Below, piece by piece: positions 39,959-50,838 of a DNA stretch of 64,000 nt. Position 1 is the first letter of the stretch. Each line of letters starts with the position of its first letter. A program made the position numbers and the translations under genes. The stretch comes from an uncultured Gemmatimonadaceae bacterium (GTDB taxonomy: Bacteria > Gemmatimonadota > Gemmatimonadetes > Gemmatimonadales > Gemmatimonadaceae): contig CAWHHI010000020.1 in NCBI GenBank assembly GCA_963829055.1, positions 984,695-1,048,694 of the forward strand, given 5' to 3'. A model generated the notes under the pieces. That model did not search any database. It saw only the letters and a list, made by a program, of their open reading frames with translations, and had not been told where the DNA came from.

Positions 39959-40461
39959 GGTGGCTCGCGACGCTGGGCGCGCTCGCTGCGCTCGGGTGCG
40001 GGCGCGAATCGGCGCCACGAGTGGAGATCGGACAGCCGGCGCCGCGTTATGCGGCGACCACGCTGGCGGGCGATTCGGCGTCCCTGTCATCGCTGGCCGG
40101 CAAGGTGGTCTTGCTCAATGTCTGGGCGACCTGGTGCCACCCATGCCGCGACGAGATCCCGTACCTGCAGTCACTGTACGAGAAGCATCGGGGCGAGGGC
40201 CTGGAGATCATCGGCGTGTCGGTCGACACACGAGGTCAGGAAGCCGAGATTCGGGAGTTCGCAACGCAGTTTCGGATGACGTACCCGATCTGGCGCGACC
40301 CGGATGAGCGCGTGCAGTCGATCTTCCTGGCGTTAGGTGTGCCGGCGTCGTACCTCATTGACCGGACGGGCGTCTTGCGGTGGCGGCGCCTCGGAACCAT
40401 TCGGGCGACTGACACGACACTGACGCGGGCGCTGGCGGACGCGCTCGCGGCGGCGCCCTGA
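39955..40461 (+). CDS. TlpA family thiol-disulfide oxidoreductase
   Basis: LNVWATWCHPCRDEIP; GVPASYLID; GTGA overlap with upstream gene. Confidence 0.92.
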   Translation: MRWLATLGALAALGCGRESAPRVEIGQPAPRYAATTLAGDSASLSSLAGKVVLLNVWATWCHPCRDEIPYLQSLYEKHRGEGLEIIGVSVDTRGQEAEIREFATQFRMTYPIWRDPDERVQSIFLALGVPASYLIDRTGVLRWRRLGTIRATDTTLTRALADALAAAP

Positions 40462-40466
40462 GGCTC

Positions 40467-41807
40467 ATGACCACACACGGCTTTCCGGAGACGCACGTCC
40501 TCTTCCGGAAGCTGACGTCTGCGGCTCCCGGTAATCGAGCGCGGCGAGGGCTGTTGGCTCTACGACGCGGACGGTCACGCGTTCCTCGATGCGTGTGGCG
40601 GTGCGTTCGTCGCGAACGTGGGACATGGGGTCGCCGAGATCGCCGATGCGATGGCGGAACAGGCGCGGCGGCTCGCCTATGTGAACGGGACGATGTTCTC
40701 CCACGAGCGCGGTCGAAGAGCTCGCGGCCGAGCTGGCGGCGCTCGCGCCGGGTGACCTGGACCGGGTCTACCCACTCTCGAGTGGCTCGGACGCGGTCGA
40801 AGCCGCGCTCAAGCTCGCGCGGCAGTACTGGCTGGAGACCGGGCGAGCGCGGAAGCACAAGATCATTGCGCTCGCTCCCGCCTACCACGGGAACACGCTG
40901 CTCGCGCTGTCCGCGTCCGCGCGCGAGCACTACCGGACGCTCTATCGCGACTGGCTCGTGGACGTCGTGCGCATTCCCGCGCCATACGCGTATCGCTGCG
41001 CGTGCGGTGGCGCGCCGCCGTACTGCGAGGCGTGCAGCGGTGAGGCGCTCGAAGCGGCGATCATCCGCGAGGATCCCGAGACGGTCGCGGCATTCATCGC
41101 CGAGCCGGTGGGAGGCTCGTCCACGGGCGCATCGGTGCCGCCGCCGGAGTACTTCCGTCGCGTTAGGGAGATCTGCGACCGCCACGACGTGCTGTTCATC
41201 GCGGACGAGGTGCTGGTCGGCGCGGGGCGGACGGGCACGTGGTCGGCGCTGGAGCCGAGCGGCGTCGTGCCTGACGTGATGGTGTTAGGCAAGGGGATCG
41301 CGGGAGGATACGCGCCGCTCGCGGCCGTGATGGCGCCGACGCGGATCGTTGAAGTCTTCGCGCGAGGGTCGGGCGGGCTCAATCATGCGCAGACGTTCTC
41401 GCACCACCCAGTGCTGTGCGCCGCGGGGGTCGCGACCATTCGGTACCTTCGCGAGCATCGTCTGGTGGAGCGGTGTGCGTCGATGGGGCCTGTGCTGCAC
41501 CAGCGACTGGCGCGGTTGCGCGAGCTTCCATCATGTCGGCGATGTGCGCGGTCGCGGGCTGCTGGCCGCGGTGGAGCTCGTCGAGAACAGGGAGACGCGA
41601 GCGCCGTTCGCGCGTGAGGCGCACGTCGCGGAGCGAGTCACCGACGGCGGCGCTCGATGCCGGGCTCGTGGTGTGGCCTAACGTGGGACACGCCGATGGG
41701 ACGCGTGGCGATCTCGTGATGATCGCGCCGCCGTTCATCGTCACGGAGGAGGAGATCGACATGATCGTCGACCGTCTCGAGTCGGCGCTCATGACGGTGA
41801 GATCAGT
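40467..41807 (+). CDS. Class III PLP aminotransferase (several frameshifts; 3' end runs into a repeat)
   Basis: AFIAEPVGG, FIADEVLVGAGRTG, DVMVLGKGIAGGY and IAPPF motifs; stop position uncertain. Confidence 0.85.
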
Positions 41808-41930
41808 GCCATTCCGAGCGAGGCGCCGACGCGCGCAGCGAGTCGAGGAATCGCGAGCTGCGGTAGAGGGCCCTCGGCCCGATGACGGCGATTCCTCGAC
41901 TGCGCGCCTTCGGCGCTCGCTCGGAATGAC
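41808..41930. repeat. Nested-palindrome element, copy 3
   Basis: GCCATTCCGAGCG, GTCGAGGAATC, TAGAGGGCCCTC, GATTCCTCGAC, CGCTCGGAATGAC. Confidence 0.88.
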
Positions 41931-41984
41931 GTCGGCTCGCTCGGCTGCATTGCGCTGCCGCGCTAGGATGGTCGGTCGCCGCCG

Positions 41985-43769
41985 ATGTACGCGCGCAAGT
42001 ACCCGCCGAGACCACGTGGGTCCGCGAGCACGACGTCGCCGTGCCCATGCGCGACGGCGTCGTGCTCCGCGCCGATGTCTGGCGGCCGCAGGGCAGCGGA
42101 CCATTCCCGGTGCTCCTGTATCGCACGCCATACGGCAAGACCGCCGCGCAGACGGACTACACGACGTTCGGGAAGGCCGTCGAGCGCGGATATGCCGTCG
42201 TCATGCAGGACGTCCGCGGGCGATTCGCGTCGGACGGGGAGTTCGTGGCATACACGCCAGGAAGGCCGCGACGGCTACGACACGATCGAGTGGGCCGCAC
42301 GCCAGCCGTGGTCGAACGGGTCGGTCGGGCACGTTCGGACTGTCGTACCCCGGCGCCGTGCAGTGGCTCGCCGCGGTGGAGGGCCCGCCGCACCTCAAGG
42401 CGATGGTCCCGGCGATGACGTTCGCGTCCGCCAACATGTTCTTCTACGCGGATGGAGTGTGGGACAACTCGTGGGCGGGGTGGGTGTGGGCAGACATCGC
42501 CGGCGATCTGCGTCGCCGGCGCGGAGTCCCGGGACCGACGACGGACGAGGAGGCCGAGCGCACGTGGGACGGCGTGCGTGATCGCATGCTCGGGACAGCT
42601 ACCACTCGCCGCGCTCCCGGACTTCAAGCCGATCGCGCCATGGTACTACGAGTGGATGCGCCACCCGCCGTGGGATTCGTGGTGGGAGTGGGCCGACCTG
42701 CGCGGCAAGTACGCGCGCACAAATGCGGCCGTGCTCAATCTCTCCGGCTGGTACGACGAGGCGTACGGCCCCGACGGCGCGACGACGAACTTCACCGGCC
42801 TAACGACTGCACGAGCCGGTGGCCCGCGGCGCGGACCGCGCTCGTGATTGGACCGTGGCCACATGGGGTGAACGGCACCGGGCGGACGAAAGCGGGCGAC
42901 CGCGAGTTCGGCCCCGACGCACGCATCGACTACGACGAGACGGTGCTGCGCTGGATGGATCACTACCTGCGCGAGCGTGGACAACGGCGTGGACCGCGAG
43001 CCGCCGGTGCGCGTCTTCGTCATGGGCGACAATCGCTGGCGTGAGGCCGATCGCTGGCCGATTCCCGGGTACGCGCCCGGACACGCTCTACCTGACGAGC
43101 TCGAGCCGCGCGTCGCGCGTCGGTGCACTGTCCGCGCGCCGCCCCGACTCGCGGTCGACCACGAGCTCCTACGTCTCCAATCCGGCGAAACCTGTGACCG
43201 ATCCGTTCGCCGAACGGAGCGGTGCGCATGATTACCGCGCGCTCGGTTCGCGCGCTGACGTGCTCACGTTCGAGACGGCGCCGCTCGAGGCGGACCTCGA
43301 GGTGGTCGGCGCGATCAGCGCCGAAGTGTACCTCGCGGCCGACGCGCCGGACGTGGACCTCTGGGTGAAGGTGCTCGACGTCGCTCCGGACGGAACCGCG
43401 TACAACCTGATGGCGCCGGGGTCCGATGTGATTCGCGCGAGCTATCGCGATCGGACGGCGCGTCGCTCGTTGCTGGAACCCGGGAGCGTGTACCTGCTGC
43501 GGCTCCCGGGCCTGCTCACGGGGAACACGTTCAAGCAAGGACACCGCGTTCGCGTGCACGTCATGTCGTCGTTCGCGCCGAACTACGCGCGCAACCTCCA
43601 AACGGGTGCGTCCGAGACGTCGTCGTCACGCATGCGCTCGGCCCGCATAACGATTCATCACGACAGTCGGCATCCGTCGCGTCTCATTCTACCAGTCATT
43701 CCGAGCGGGTTTGTCATTCCGAGCGGAGGCCGTCAGGCCGCAGTCGAGGAATCGCGATCGTCCCGGTAG
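41985..43769 (+). CDS. CocE/NonD family hydrolase (several frameshifts; start uncertain)
   Basis: PMRDGVVLRADV, RTPYG, QDVRGRFASDG, GLSYPG, GWYD, GPWPH and GHRVRV...SRLILPVIP motifs. Confidence 0.88.
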
Positions 43770-43837
43770 AGGGCCCTCTACCCAACAGAGGCTCGATTCC
43801 TCGACTTCGGGCCTTCGGCCCTTCGCTCGGAATGACA
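43695..43837. repeat. Nested-palindrome element, copy 4 (double head)
   Basis: GTCATTCCGAGCG at 43695 and 43713; TAGAGGGCCCTCTA 43767-43780; CGCTCGGAATGACA end. Confidence 0.9.
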
Positions 43838-43880
43838 CGGCTCCTCGGCCCGCTCGACGGACGCACTATCACAGAGGATC

Positions 43881-45329
43881 ATGCAATGGCCACCGAGATC
43901 CTGCACGCTCCGCCCGCCGCGCTCCACGGCTCGCGACTACCCACGCATCGTCGTCCCACCACCGGGACCTAACGCGCGCGCCATCATCGAACGCGACGCC
44001 GCGTGGGCGTCCACGTCGTACATCAAGGAGTACCCGCTCGCCGTGGCGCGCGGCCAGGGCGCGATGATCGAAGACGTGGACGGCAACCGCTATCTCGACT
44101 TCATGGCCGGGATCGCGGTCGCCTCAACGGGCCACGCACATCCGAAGGTCGTCGCCGCCGTGCAGGAAGCAGCGTCACGCTTCCTGCACATCTGCGGCAC
44201 CGACTTCTACTACGAGGGGATGTCCGCGCTGTGCGAGCGCCTCGCGCGCATTGCACCTGGCCCCAGCCGGAAGCGCGTGTTCCTCACCAACTCCGGCACC
44301 GAAGCCGTCGAAGGCGCGATCAAGCTGGCGCGCAACTCGACTCGGCGCACCGCCATCGTCGCCTTCGACGGCGCGTTCCACGGTCGCACCTACGGCGCGA
44401 TGAGCCTGACGTCGAGCAAGGTGACGCAGCGCTCGGGGTTCGGCCCGTTCCTCCCCGAGGTCTACCACGTTCCATACGCGAACCGCTACCGCTGTCAGTA
44501 CTGCCGCGACCGGGCCGAGTGTACGCTCGATTGCGTGCGGTCGATCGAGACCGAGCTCTTCGCGCGCCGAGTGGACCCGCGCGACGTCGCGGCGATCTTC
44601 GTCGAGCCGATTCAGGGAGAAGGTGGCTACGTCGTCCCGCCGCGCGGGTTCCTCACTGGGTTGCGCGAGCTGTGCGACCGACACGGCATCCTGCTCGTGG
44701 TCGACGAGATCCAGAGCGGGATCGGGCGCACGGGGAAGATGTTCGCGTGCGAGCACGAGGGCGTGGAGCCCGACGTGCTGCTCACGGCGAAAGGGCTCGG
44801 CTCGGGGATGCCGATCGGCGCGATCATCGCGCGGGACGAGGTGATGAAGTGGGGCCAGGGAGCGCACGGATCCACGTTCGGCGGGAATCCCGTGTGCTGC
44901 GCCGCGGCACTGGCGACGCTGGACCTCGTGGAAGGCGGCTTGATCGCGAACGCGCAGGCGATGGGCGAGCGTCTCATGACGGGCCTCGCGGCGCTGGCCG
45001 AGCGACACGAGACGTTAGGCGACGTGCGTGGCCGCGGGCTCATGATCGGCGTGGAGTTCGTGACGGATCGCGCCACCCGCGAGCCAGCGCCCAAGCTCGT
45101 CCACGACCTCGTTCAGCACGCGTTCCAGCGCGGCCTCCTCCTGCTCGGCGCCGGGAAGAGCGCGCTTCGCCTGGCGCCGCCGCTCGTGATCGATGAGTAT
45201 GACGTCGACACGGCGCTCGGTATGATCGATGAACTGCTCGGCATGATGTCATTCCGAGCGGCGGTCGTCATTCCGAGCGAGCGGCAAGCGAGTCGAGGAA
45301 TCGTTGGCGTCTCCGCGATGAGAGTCTGA
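43881..45329 (+). CDS. Class III PLP aminotransferase (4-aminobutyrate/acetylornithine aminotransferase-like)
   Basis: DVDGNRYLDF, NSGTEAVEGA, FHGRTYG, EPIQGEGG, DEIQSGIGRTG, AKGLGSG and STFGGNP motifs. Confidence 0.93.
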   Translation: MQWPPRSCTLRPPRSTARDYPRIVVPPPGPNARAIIERDAAWASTSYIKEYPLAVARGQGAMIEDVDGNRYLDFMAGIAVASTGHAHPKVVAAVQEAASRFLHICGTDFYYEGMSALCERLARIAPGPSRKRVFLTNSGTEAVEGAIKLARNSTRRTAIVAFDGAFHGRTYGAMSLTSSKVTQRSGFGPFLPEVYHVPYANRYRCQYCRDRAECTLDCVRSIETELFARRVDPRDVAAIFVEPIQGEGGYVVPPRGFLTGLRELCDRHGILLVVDEIQSGIGRTGKMFACEHEGVEPDVLLTAKGLGSGMPIGAIIARDEVMKWGQGAHGSTFGGNPVCCAAALATLDLVEGGLIANAQAMGERLMTGLAALAERHETLGDVRGRGLMIGVEFVTDRATREPAPKLVHDLVQHAFQRGLLLLGAGKSALRLAPPLVIDEYDVDTALGMIDELLGMMSFRAAVVIPSERQASRGIVGVSAMRV

Positions 45330-45398
45330 GCCCTCTACCGGGACGCCAAGGATTCCTCGACTTCGCGCGCGCTTCGCGTGCGCTCCGCTCGGAATGAC
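45247..45398. repeat. Nested-palindrome element, copy 5 (double head)
   Basis: GTCATTCCGAGCG twice, GTCGAGGAATC, partial centre GAGCCCTCTA, GATTCCTCGAC, CGCTCGGAATGAC. Confidence 0.9.
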
Positions 45399-47940
45399 GA
45401 ACGCTCCTGACCTGTCGGTCAGCGCAGCTGCCGCCCAGCAGCCGCAGCGCGAGCCCGTGCTCTCGCAGGTCAAGGTTCCGCACGCGTACTACTGGCGCGA
45501 GATGTACGTCCCCCAGGCTACGAGCGGCCCGAGCGCCGTCACGTGGTCGCCCGACGGACGCGACGTCATCTACTCGATGCAGGGCTCGCTCTGGCGACAG
45601 CGCCTCGGCACGACGGAAGCGCGCCAGCTCACGACGGGACCGTGGTACGACTACCAACCGGACTGGTCGCCCGACGGCCGCTCCGTCGTGTTCGCATCGT
45701 ACAACGGCGAGTCGATCGACCTCCGCGTGCTCGATCTCGAGCGCGGCACGACCAGCACGATCCTCGCCAACGGCGCAGTGAACCTCGAGCCTCGCTGGTC
45801 GCCCGACGGCAAGCGGCTCGCGTTCGTGTCGACGTCGTTCAACGCCCGCTGGCACATCTTCGTGGCCAACATCCGGCACGAAGATGGCGGCGTTAGGCTC
45901 GACAGCGCGGAGCGCATCACCGAGGACAAGGACAGCGGCCTGCCGCGCTACTACTACAGCGCCTTCGATCACTACCTCTCGCCAACGTGGTCCGCCGACG
46001 GGCGCGAGCTGATCTTCGTCTCGAATCGCGGGCACATCTACGGCACGCGGCGGCATCTGGCGCATGGAAGCCCGCGCCGGGCGCCACGCCGCGCGAGCTG
46101 CACTTCGAGGAGACGACGTGGAAGGCGCGGCCCGACTGGGCGAGCGACGGGAAGCGCGTCGTCTACAGCGGCTACCACGGCCGGCAGTGGAACCAGCTCT
46201 GGTTGCTCCCCGCCGGTGGCGGCGATCCGATGCCAGCTGACGTACGGAGAGTTCGACGCGACGGCACCGCGCTGGTCGCCCGACGCTCGGCGCATCGCGT
46301 ACATCTCCAACGAGGGTGGGAACACGTCGCTCTGGGTCGTCGACATCCCCGGCGGCAAGCGCACGCGCGTCGAAGCGCGCACCCGCACCTACGCGGGGCC
46401 GGTTGGCCGCCTCGTGCTCACCGTGGTGGATTCGTCCACCGGACGGCCGATGCCGGCGCGCGTTTCGGTTCTCGGTGGATCCGGCGGGCCTAACGCCGGC
46501 CATTCCTACGCGCCGGACGACGCCTGGCGCCACGCCGACGAGGCGCGCGTGCGCGGCGAGCAGCGATTCGAGTACGGGTACTTCCACACGGCGGGGCGCG
46601 ACACCGTCACCGTACCAGCGGGACGCGATACTCGTAGACGTGTGGCGTGGACCCGAGTATCGAGCGACGTGGCGCGCAGTCACCGTCGCGGCGGGAGAGA
46701 CGCGCGAGGCTCGCATCCCGCTCGCACGCCTGAGCGACCTGCCGAGCAAGGGATGGTGGGGCGGCGACCTCCACGTGCACATGAACTACGGCGGCGCGTA
46801 TCGCAACACGCCGCAGCGTCTCGCCCTGCAGGCGAGGGCCGAGGGGCTGCATGTGGTGGAGAATCTCGTCGGTGAACAAGGAGCAGCGGATCCCCGACAT
46901 CGCGTACTGGCGTCCCGATCCCGATCCGCTGTCCACGCGGGACTTCGTTCTCGCGTACGGCCAGGAGTTTCACACCGGCTTCTGGGGACACGCGGGGCTG
47001 CTCGGGCTCAGGGATCACTACCTGCTGCCGGACTACTCGGGCTACGCTGGCACCGCGCTCGCGAGTCTCGTCCCGACGAATGCGGACGTCGCCGATCTGG
47101 CGCACGCGCAGGGCGGGCTCATGGGGTACGTGCATCCGTTCGACTTCCGACCCGACCTGACGCGCACCGAAGGCGGCGTCCCGTACGAGCTGCCCATCGA
47201 CGTGGCGTTAGGCAAGGTCGATTACATGGAGGTGATGGGGTACAGCGATCACCTCATCACGTCGGAGGTCTGGTATCGACTGCTCAACTGCGGCTTCCGC
47301 ATTCCCGCCGGTGCGGGAACCGATGCGTTCCCGAACTTCGCGTCGCTGCGCGGGCCACCCGGGCTCGTGCGGGTCTACGCGCGCACTGGAGTGGGTGAAC
47401 CGCTCGACCACCGTCGCTGGCTGGCCGCCATCCGGGCCGGCCGGACGTTCGTCACGAACGCGCCGGTGCTGGAGTTCACGCTCGACGGAAAGCCAGATCG
47501 GCGACGAGATACGCCTCACGGGCGGCAAGGACCTCCGCGCGCACGTTAGGCTGCGCTCGCCGGTGCCGGTCGATCACATGGAGATCATCGGCAACGGCCG
47601 CGTCGTCGCGAGCATCCCGCTCTCCGGGGATCACAGCGCGGTCGATACGACGATCGCGATTCCGGTGACGGGCAGTGGCTGGTACGTGCTGCGCGCATGG
47701 TCCGACCGGCCGCGGCTCCCGGTGCTCGATCTCTACCCGTTCGCGAGCACGAGTCCGATCTACGTGCAGGTGGGGAACGCCGCGGTTCGGTCGAAGGAAG
47801 ACGCCGAGTACTTCCTCGGGTGGCTCGACCGGGTCGATCAGGCATTGCGCACGGAGACGGGGTGGAACACGACCGCGGAGCGCGAGCAGGTCATGCGGAT
47901 GCTCGAGGCCGCGCGGGCGGAGTTCAGACGAAGACGGTAG
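45394..47940 (+). CDS. TolB-like (PD40) propeller plus CehA/McbA-type PHP metallohydrolase (several frameshifts)
   Basis: Repeated WSPDG; GDLHVHMNYGG; GQEF...WGH; YVHP; LLNCGFRIPAGAGTD; GRTFVTN motifs. Confidence 0.85.
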
Positions 47941-47943
47941 TGG

Positions 47944-48089
47944 CGTCATTCCGAGCGGAGCCGCGGGTGTCATTCCGAGCGGAGGCCGCAGGCCGGAGTC
48001 GAGGAATCGCGATCATCCGGCAGAGGGCCCTCTACCGGGACGAGCCACGATTCCTCGACTCGCGCCTTCGGCCTCCGCTCGGAATGACA
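47944..48089. repeat. Nested-palindrome element, copy 6 (double head)
   Basis: GTCATTCCGAGCG twice, GTCGAGGAATC, CAGAGGGCCCTCTA, GATTCCTCGAC, CGCTCGGAATGACA. Confidence 0.9.
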
Positions 48090-48177
48090 AACGACCGCCA
48101 TGAAGTACAAGCGGCATGACCGAGCAATCACGTAACGTGTCCCCGCCGAACTCGGCACTCCAACGAGGGACACCTGC

Positions 48178-48894
48178 ATGTCGTTGAAACGCCTGCTTGT
48201 CACGTCGCTACTCGGACTTCCGCTCTCGACCACCCCGGCCCAATCCGGCCGGCCCGGCGACGACCTCCTGGCCAGCGACCCGAGTCGACTCGAGCTCGTG
48301 AACGTGACCGCCACGCGCGTGCAGTACGGCGGCCGCGACGCGATCAGGCTTGTCGGACGGCCTCGCAGCGGGGCACCCGCCGCGCCGGCCACCGCGGAGA
48401 ACACGATCGCGATCATCCGCGGCTCCGAGTTCCGCGATGGAACCATCGAGGCGGACATCGCGGGCGTCCCCGCCGCCGGTGCGGACACGAGCGCGCGAGG
48501 ATTCGTCGGCATCGCGTTCCGCGTGGACTCGTCAGGCGACCGATACGCCGCGTTCTACCTGCGTCCAACGAACGGACGCTCGACGGATCAGCTGCGGCGC
48601 AACCATGCGACGCAGTACGTCTCGCACCCGGATTACCCCTGGTTCAGGCTCCGCAAGGAATTTCCGGGAGTGTACGAGTCGTACGTCGACCTCGAGCCGG
48701 GCGCGTGGACGTCGATCCGCATCGACGTTCACGGGGGCGTCGCACAACTCTTCGTCAACGGATCGAAGCAGCCCGTGCTGATCGTGAACGACATGAAGAA
48801 CCCACCGGCCGCTGGACGCATCGCGCTCTGGATCGACGCCGATACCGAGGCCCACTTCTCGCGCTTGCGGGTCACTCCGCCGAAGTCGCCATAG
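48178..48894 (+). CDS. Secreted beta-sandwich protein (DUF1080-like)
   Basis: FRDGTIEADIAG, ARGFVGIAFR, FYLRPTNGR and RRNHATQY motifs. Confidence 0.7.
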   Translation: MSLKRLLVTSLLGLPLSTTPAQSGRPGDDLLASDPSRLELVNVTATRVQYGGRDAIRLVGRPRSGAPAAPATAENTIAIIRGSEFRDGTIEADIAGVPAAGADTSARGFVGIAFRVDSSGDRYAAFYLRPTNGRSTDQLRRNHATQYVSHPDYPWFRLRKEFPGVYESYVDLEPGAWTSIRIDVHGGVAQLFVNGSKQPVLIVNDMKNPPAAGRIALWIDADTEAHFSRLRVTPPKSP

Positions 48895-48956
48895 CGAGTG
48901 CGCTGGCAACCCACGACTGGGCGGGATACCGTTGACGCTCCTTCAACGCCCAATCC

Positions 48957-50774
48957 GTGGAACAGGTTCTCTCCCGTCAGCAAGCCGAGCTCGTTGCGCT
49001 CGAGCGCCGTCTCGTCCTCCGAGCGCGCGACGCCCTCCTTCAGGTCGAGGGCTCGCGCGACGACGTCGACCGCCTCGCGAAGCTCGTCGGCGAGATGGAC
49101 GAGCTCTTTCTGCTCGTCATCGCCGGCGAGTACAACACCGGCAAGAGCACGTTCATCAACGCCTTGCTCGGCGATGAAGTGTTCGCCATGGGCGACCTGC
49201 CCACCACGCGCGAGATCGCCATTCTGCGCTACGGCAACGTCGGGCCGCCGGAGGCGATAGGAGACCACACGCTGCTCTTCCACTACCCGCTCGATGTGCT
49301 TCGCGATCTCGAGATCGTCGACACGCCGGGCACGAACTCCATCGAGCGGATGGAGGAGGAGATCACGCGCGGGTTCGTGCCGCGCGCCGACCTCGTGCTC
49401 TTCGTCACGAGCCTGCTGCAGCCGCTCACGGCGAGCGAGATGGGATTCCTCTCGCACATCCGCGAGTGGGGGAAGAAGGTCATCTTCATCGTCAACGGCG
49501 TCGATCGGCGGAACTCCGACGAACAGGTCGACCGCGTGCGCGCGTACCTCGAGCGCGAGATCAGCACGCGACTCGGCGGCGCTGCCCCGAGCACGTACTT
49601 CATCAGCGCGCTACGGGCGCTGCGCGCGAAGATGGCCGCGCGCTCCGCGCCGTCGTCGGACGGGGCGTCCGCTGCCCCGGTCGTGCCGGCCATGCCGGCC
49701 GTGCCGGACCCGCGCGACGAGTTCCCCGCGCTCGAGCGCTATCTCCTCGAGACGCTGCGCGAGCACGAGCGCGTTCGCCTCAAGCTGCTCTCGCCGTTAG
49801 GCGTGCTCCGACACGTGCTCGACCGGAACGTCGGGGCGCTCGACACCCGGCTCGAGGTCGTGCACGCCGACGGCCGCGTGCTGGGCGTCGTGCGCGAGCA
49901 GCTCTCGAGCTATGGGGCCGAGATGCGGACGGATTCCGAGCGGTACCTGCTCGAGGTGCGCAGCGTGCTCGGCGAGATCGAGCGCCGTGGTCGCAGCTGG
50001 CTCGAGCGCACGATTCGCGTCGGCAACCTGAACTTCCTGCGCAACAAGGACGCGGTGGAGAATCGATTCCGGGCCGAAGTCGTCGCCGACGCGTCGCGGG
50101 AGATCGAGGACGTCGTGAATCGCATGGTAGACTGGACGGTGAAGCGGAACCTCAAGCTCTGGACGGCCGTGTTCCAGGAGCTCGACGCGCACACCGCTCG
50201 GCTCCGCGCGTCGGGAGCGCTGGCCGCGCACGCGAGCACCGAGTTCCAGTACAATCGCGAGGATCTGTTCGATCGGCTTCGCCAACCCGTCGAGCGCCGG
50301 CTCAGCGAGTTCAATGCTGAAGCCGAAGCGCGCGCGGTCATGGACTCCGTACGTGAGGCGGTCACGCACGCGTTCGGGATCAACGTGCTCGCGGTTGGAC
50401 TCGGCGCCGTGGTGATGGCGATCTTCACGACCGCTGCGCTCGACATCACCGGCTTGCTGACGGCGACGCTGTTCGCTGTCGCCGGCTGGCTTCTCATCCC
50501 CGCGCGGCGGAAGCGCCTGATTCGCGAGCTCGAGGCAAAGATCGCGATGCTCAGCACCGATCTTTCGGCGCTGCTCGCGACCAAGTTCAACGAGCAGTTG
50601 AAGCGGTATGAGCAGGAACTGCTCGACGTGATCCAGCCGTACGAGCGCTTCCTCGCGACGGAGCGCGAGAAGTTGGAACGCGGGCTGTCCGAGCTGCGCG
50701 GGGCGCAGCAGGACACGACGACGCTCGAGCGGCGGGTGACAGAGACGTTCCCGGAGCCCGCCCGCGCGCCGTGA
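48957..50774 (+). CDS. Bacterial dynamin-like GTPase
   Basis: G1 GEYNTGKS, G2 PTT, G3 DTPG, G4-like NGVD; helical stalk and hydrophobic hairpin near the C-terminus. Confidence 0.88.
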   Translation: MEQVLSRQQAELVALERRLVLRARDALLQVEGSRDDVDRLAKLVGEMDELFLLVIAGEYNTGKSTFINALLGDEVFAMGDLPTTREIAILRYGNVGPPEAIGDHTLLFHYPLDVLRDLEIVDTPGTNSIERMEEEITRGFVPRADLVLFVTSLLQPLTASEMGFLSHIREWGKKVIFIVNGVDRRNSDEQVDRVRAYLEREISTRLGGAAPSTYFISALRALRAKMAARSAPSSDGASAAPVVPAMPAVPDPRDEFPALERYLLETLREHERVRLKLLSPLGVLRHVLDRNVGALDTRLEVVHADGRVLGVVREQLSSYGAEMRTDSERYLLEVRSVLGEIERRGRSWLERTIRVGNLNFLRNKDAVENRFRAEVVADASREIEDVVNRMVDWTVKRNLKLWTAVFQELDAHTARLRASGALAAHASTEFQYNREDLFDRLRQPVERRLSEFNAEAEARAVMDSVREAVTHAFGINVLAVGLGAVVMAIFTTAALDITGLLTATLFAVAGWLLIPARRKRLIRELEAKIAMLSTDLSALLATKFNEQLKRYEQELLDVIQPYERFLATEREKLERGLSELRGAQQDTTTLERRVTETFPEPARAP

Positions 50775-50780
50775 GCGCAT

Positions 50781-50816
50781 TGTCATTCCGAGCGGAGCGG
50801 AGCGAGTCGAGGAATC
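50781..50816. repeat. Left-arm-only copy of the palindromic element
   Basis: TGTCATTCCGAGCG...GTCGAGGAATC between convergent genes. Confidence 0.8.
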
Positions 50817-50838
50817 GTGATCATACGGTTATCGGACT

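Noticed and set aside
41416..43044. 542-aa aminotransferase-CocE fusion
   Set aside because: A chimera of frameshifted fragments joined through a repeat element, not a credible single protein
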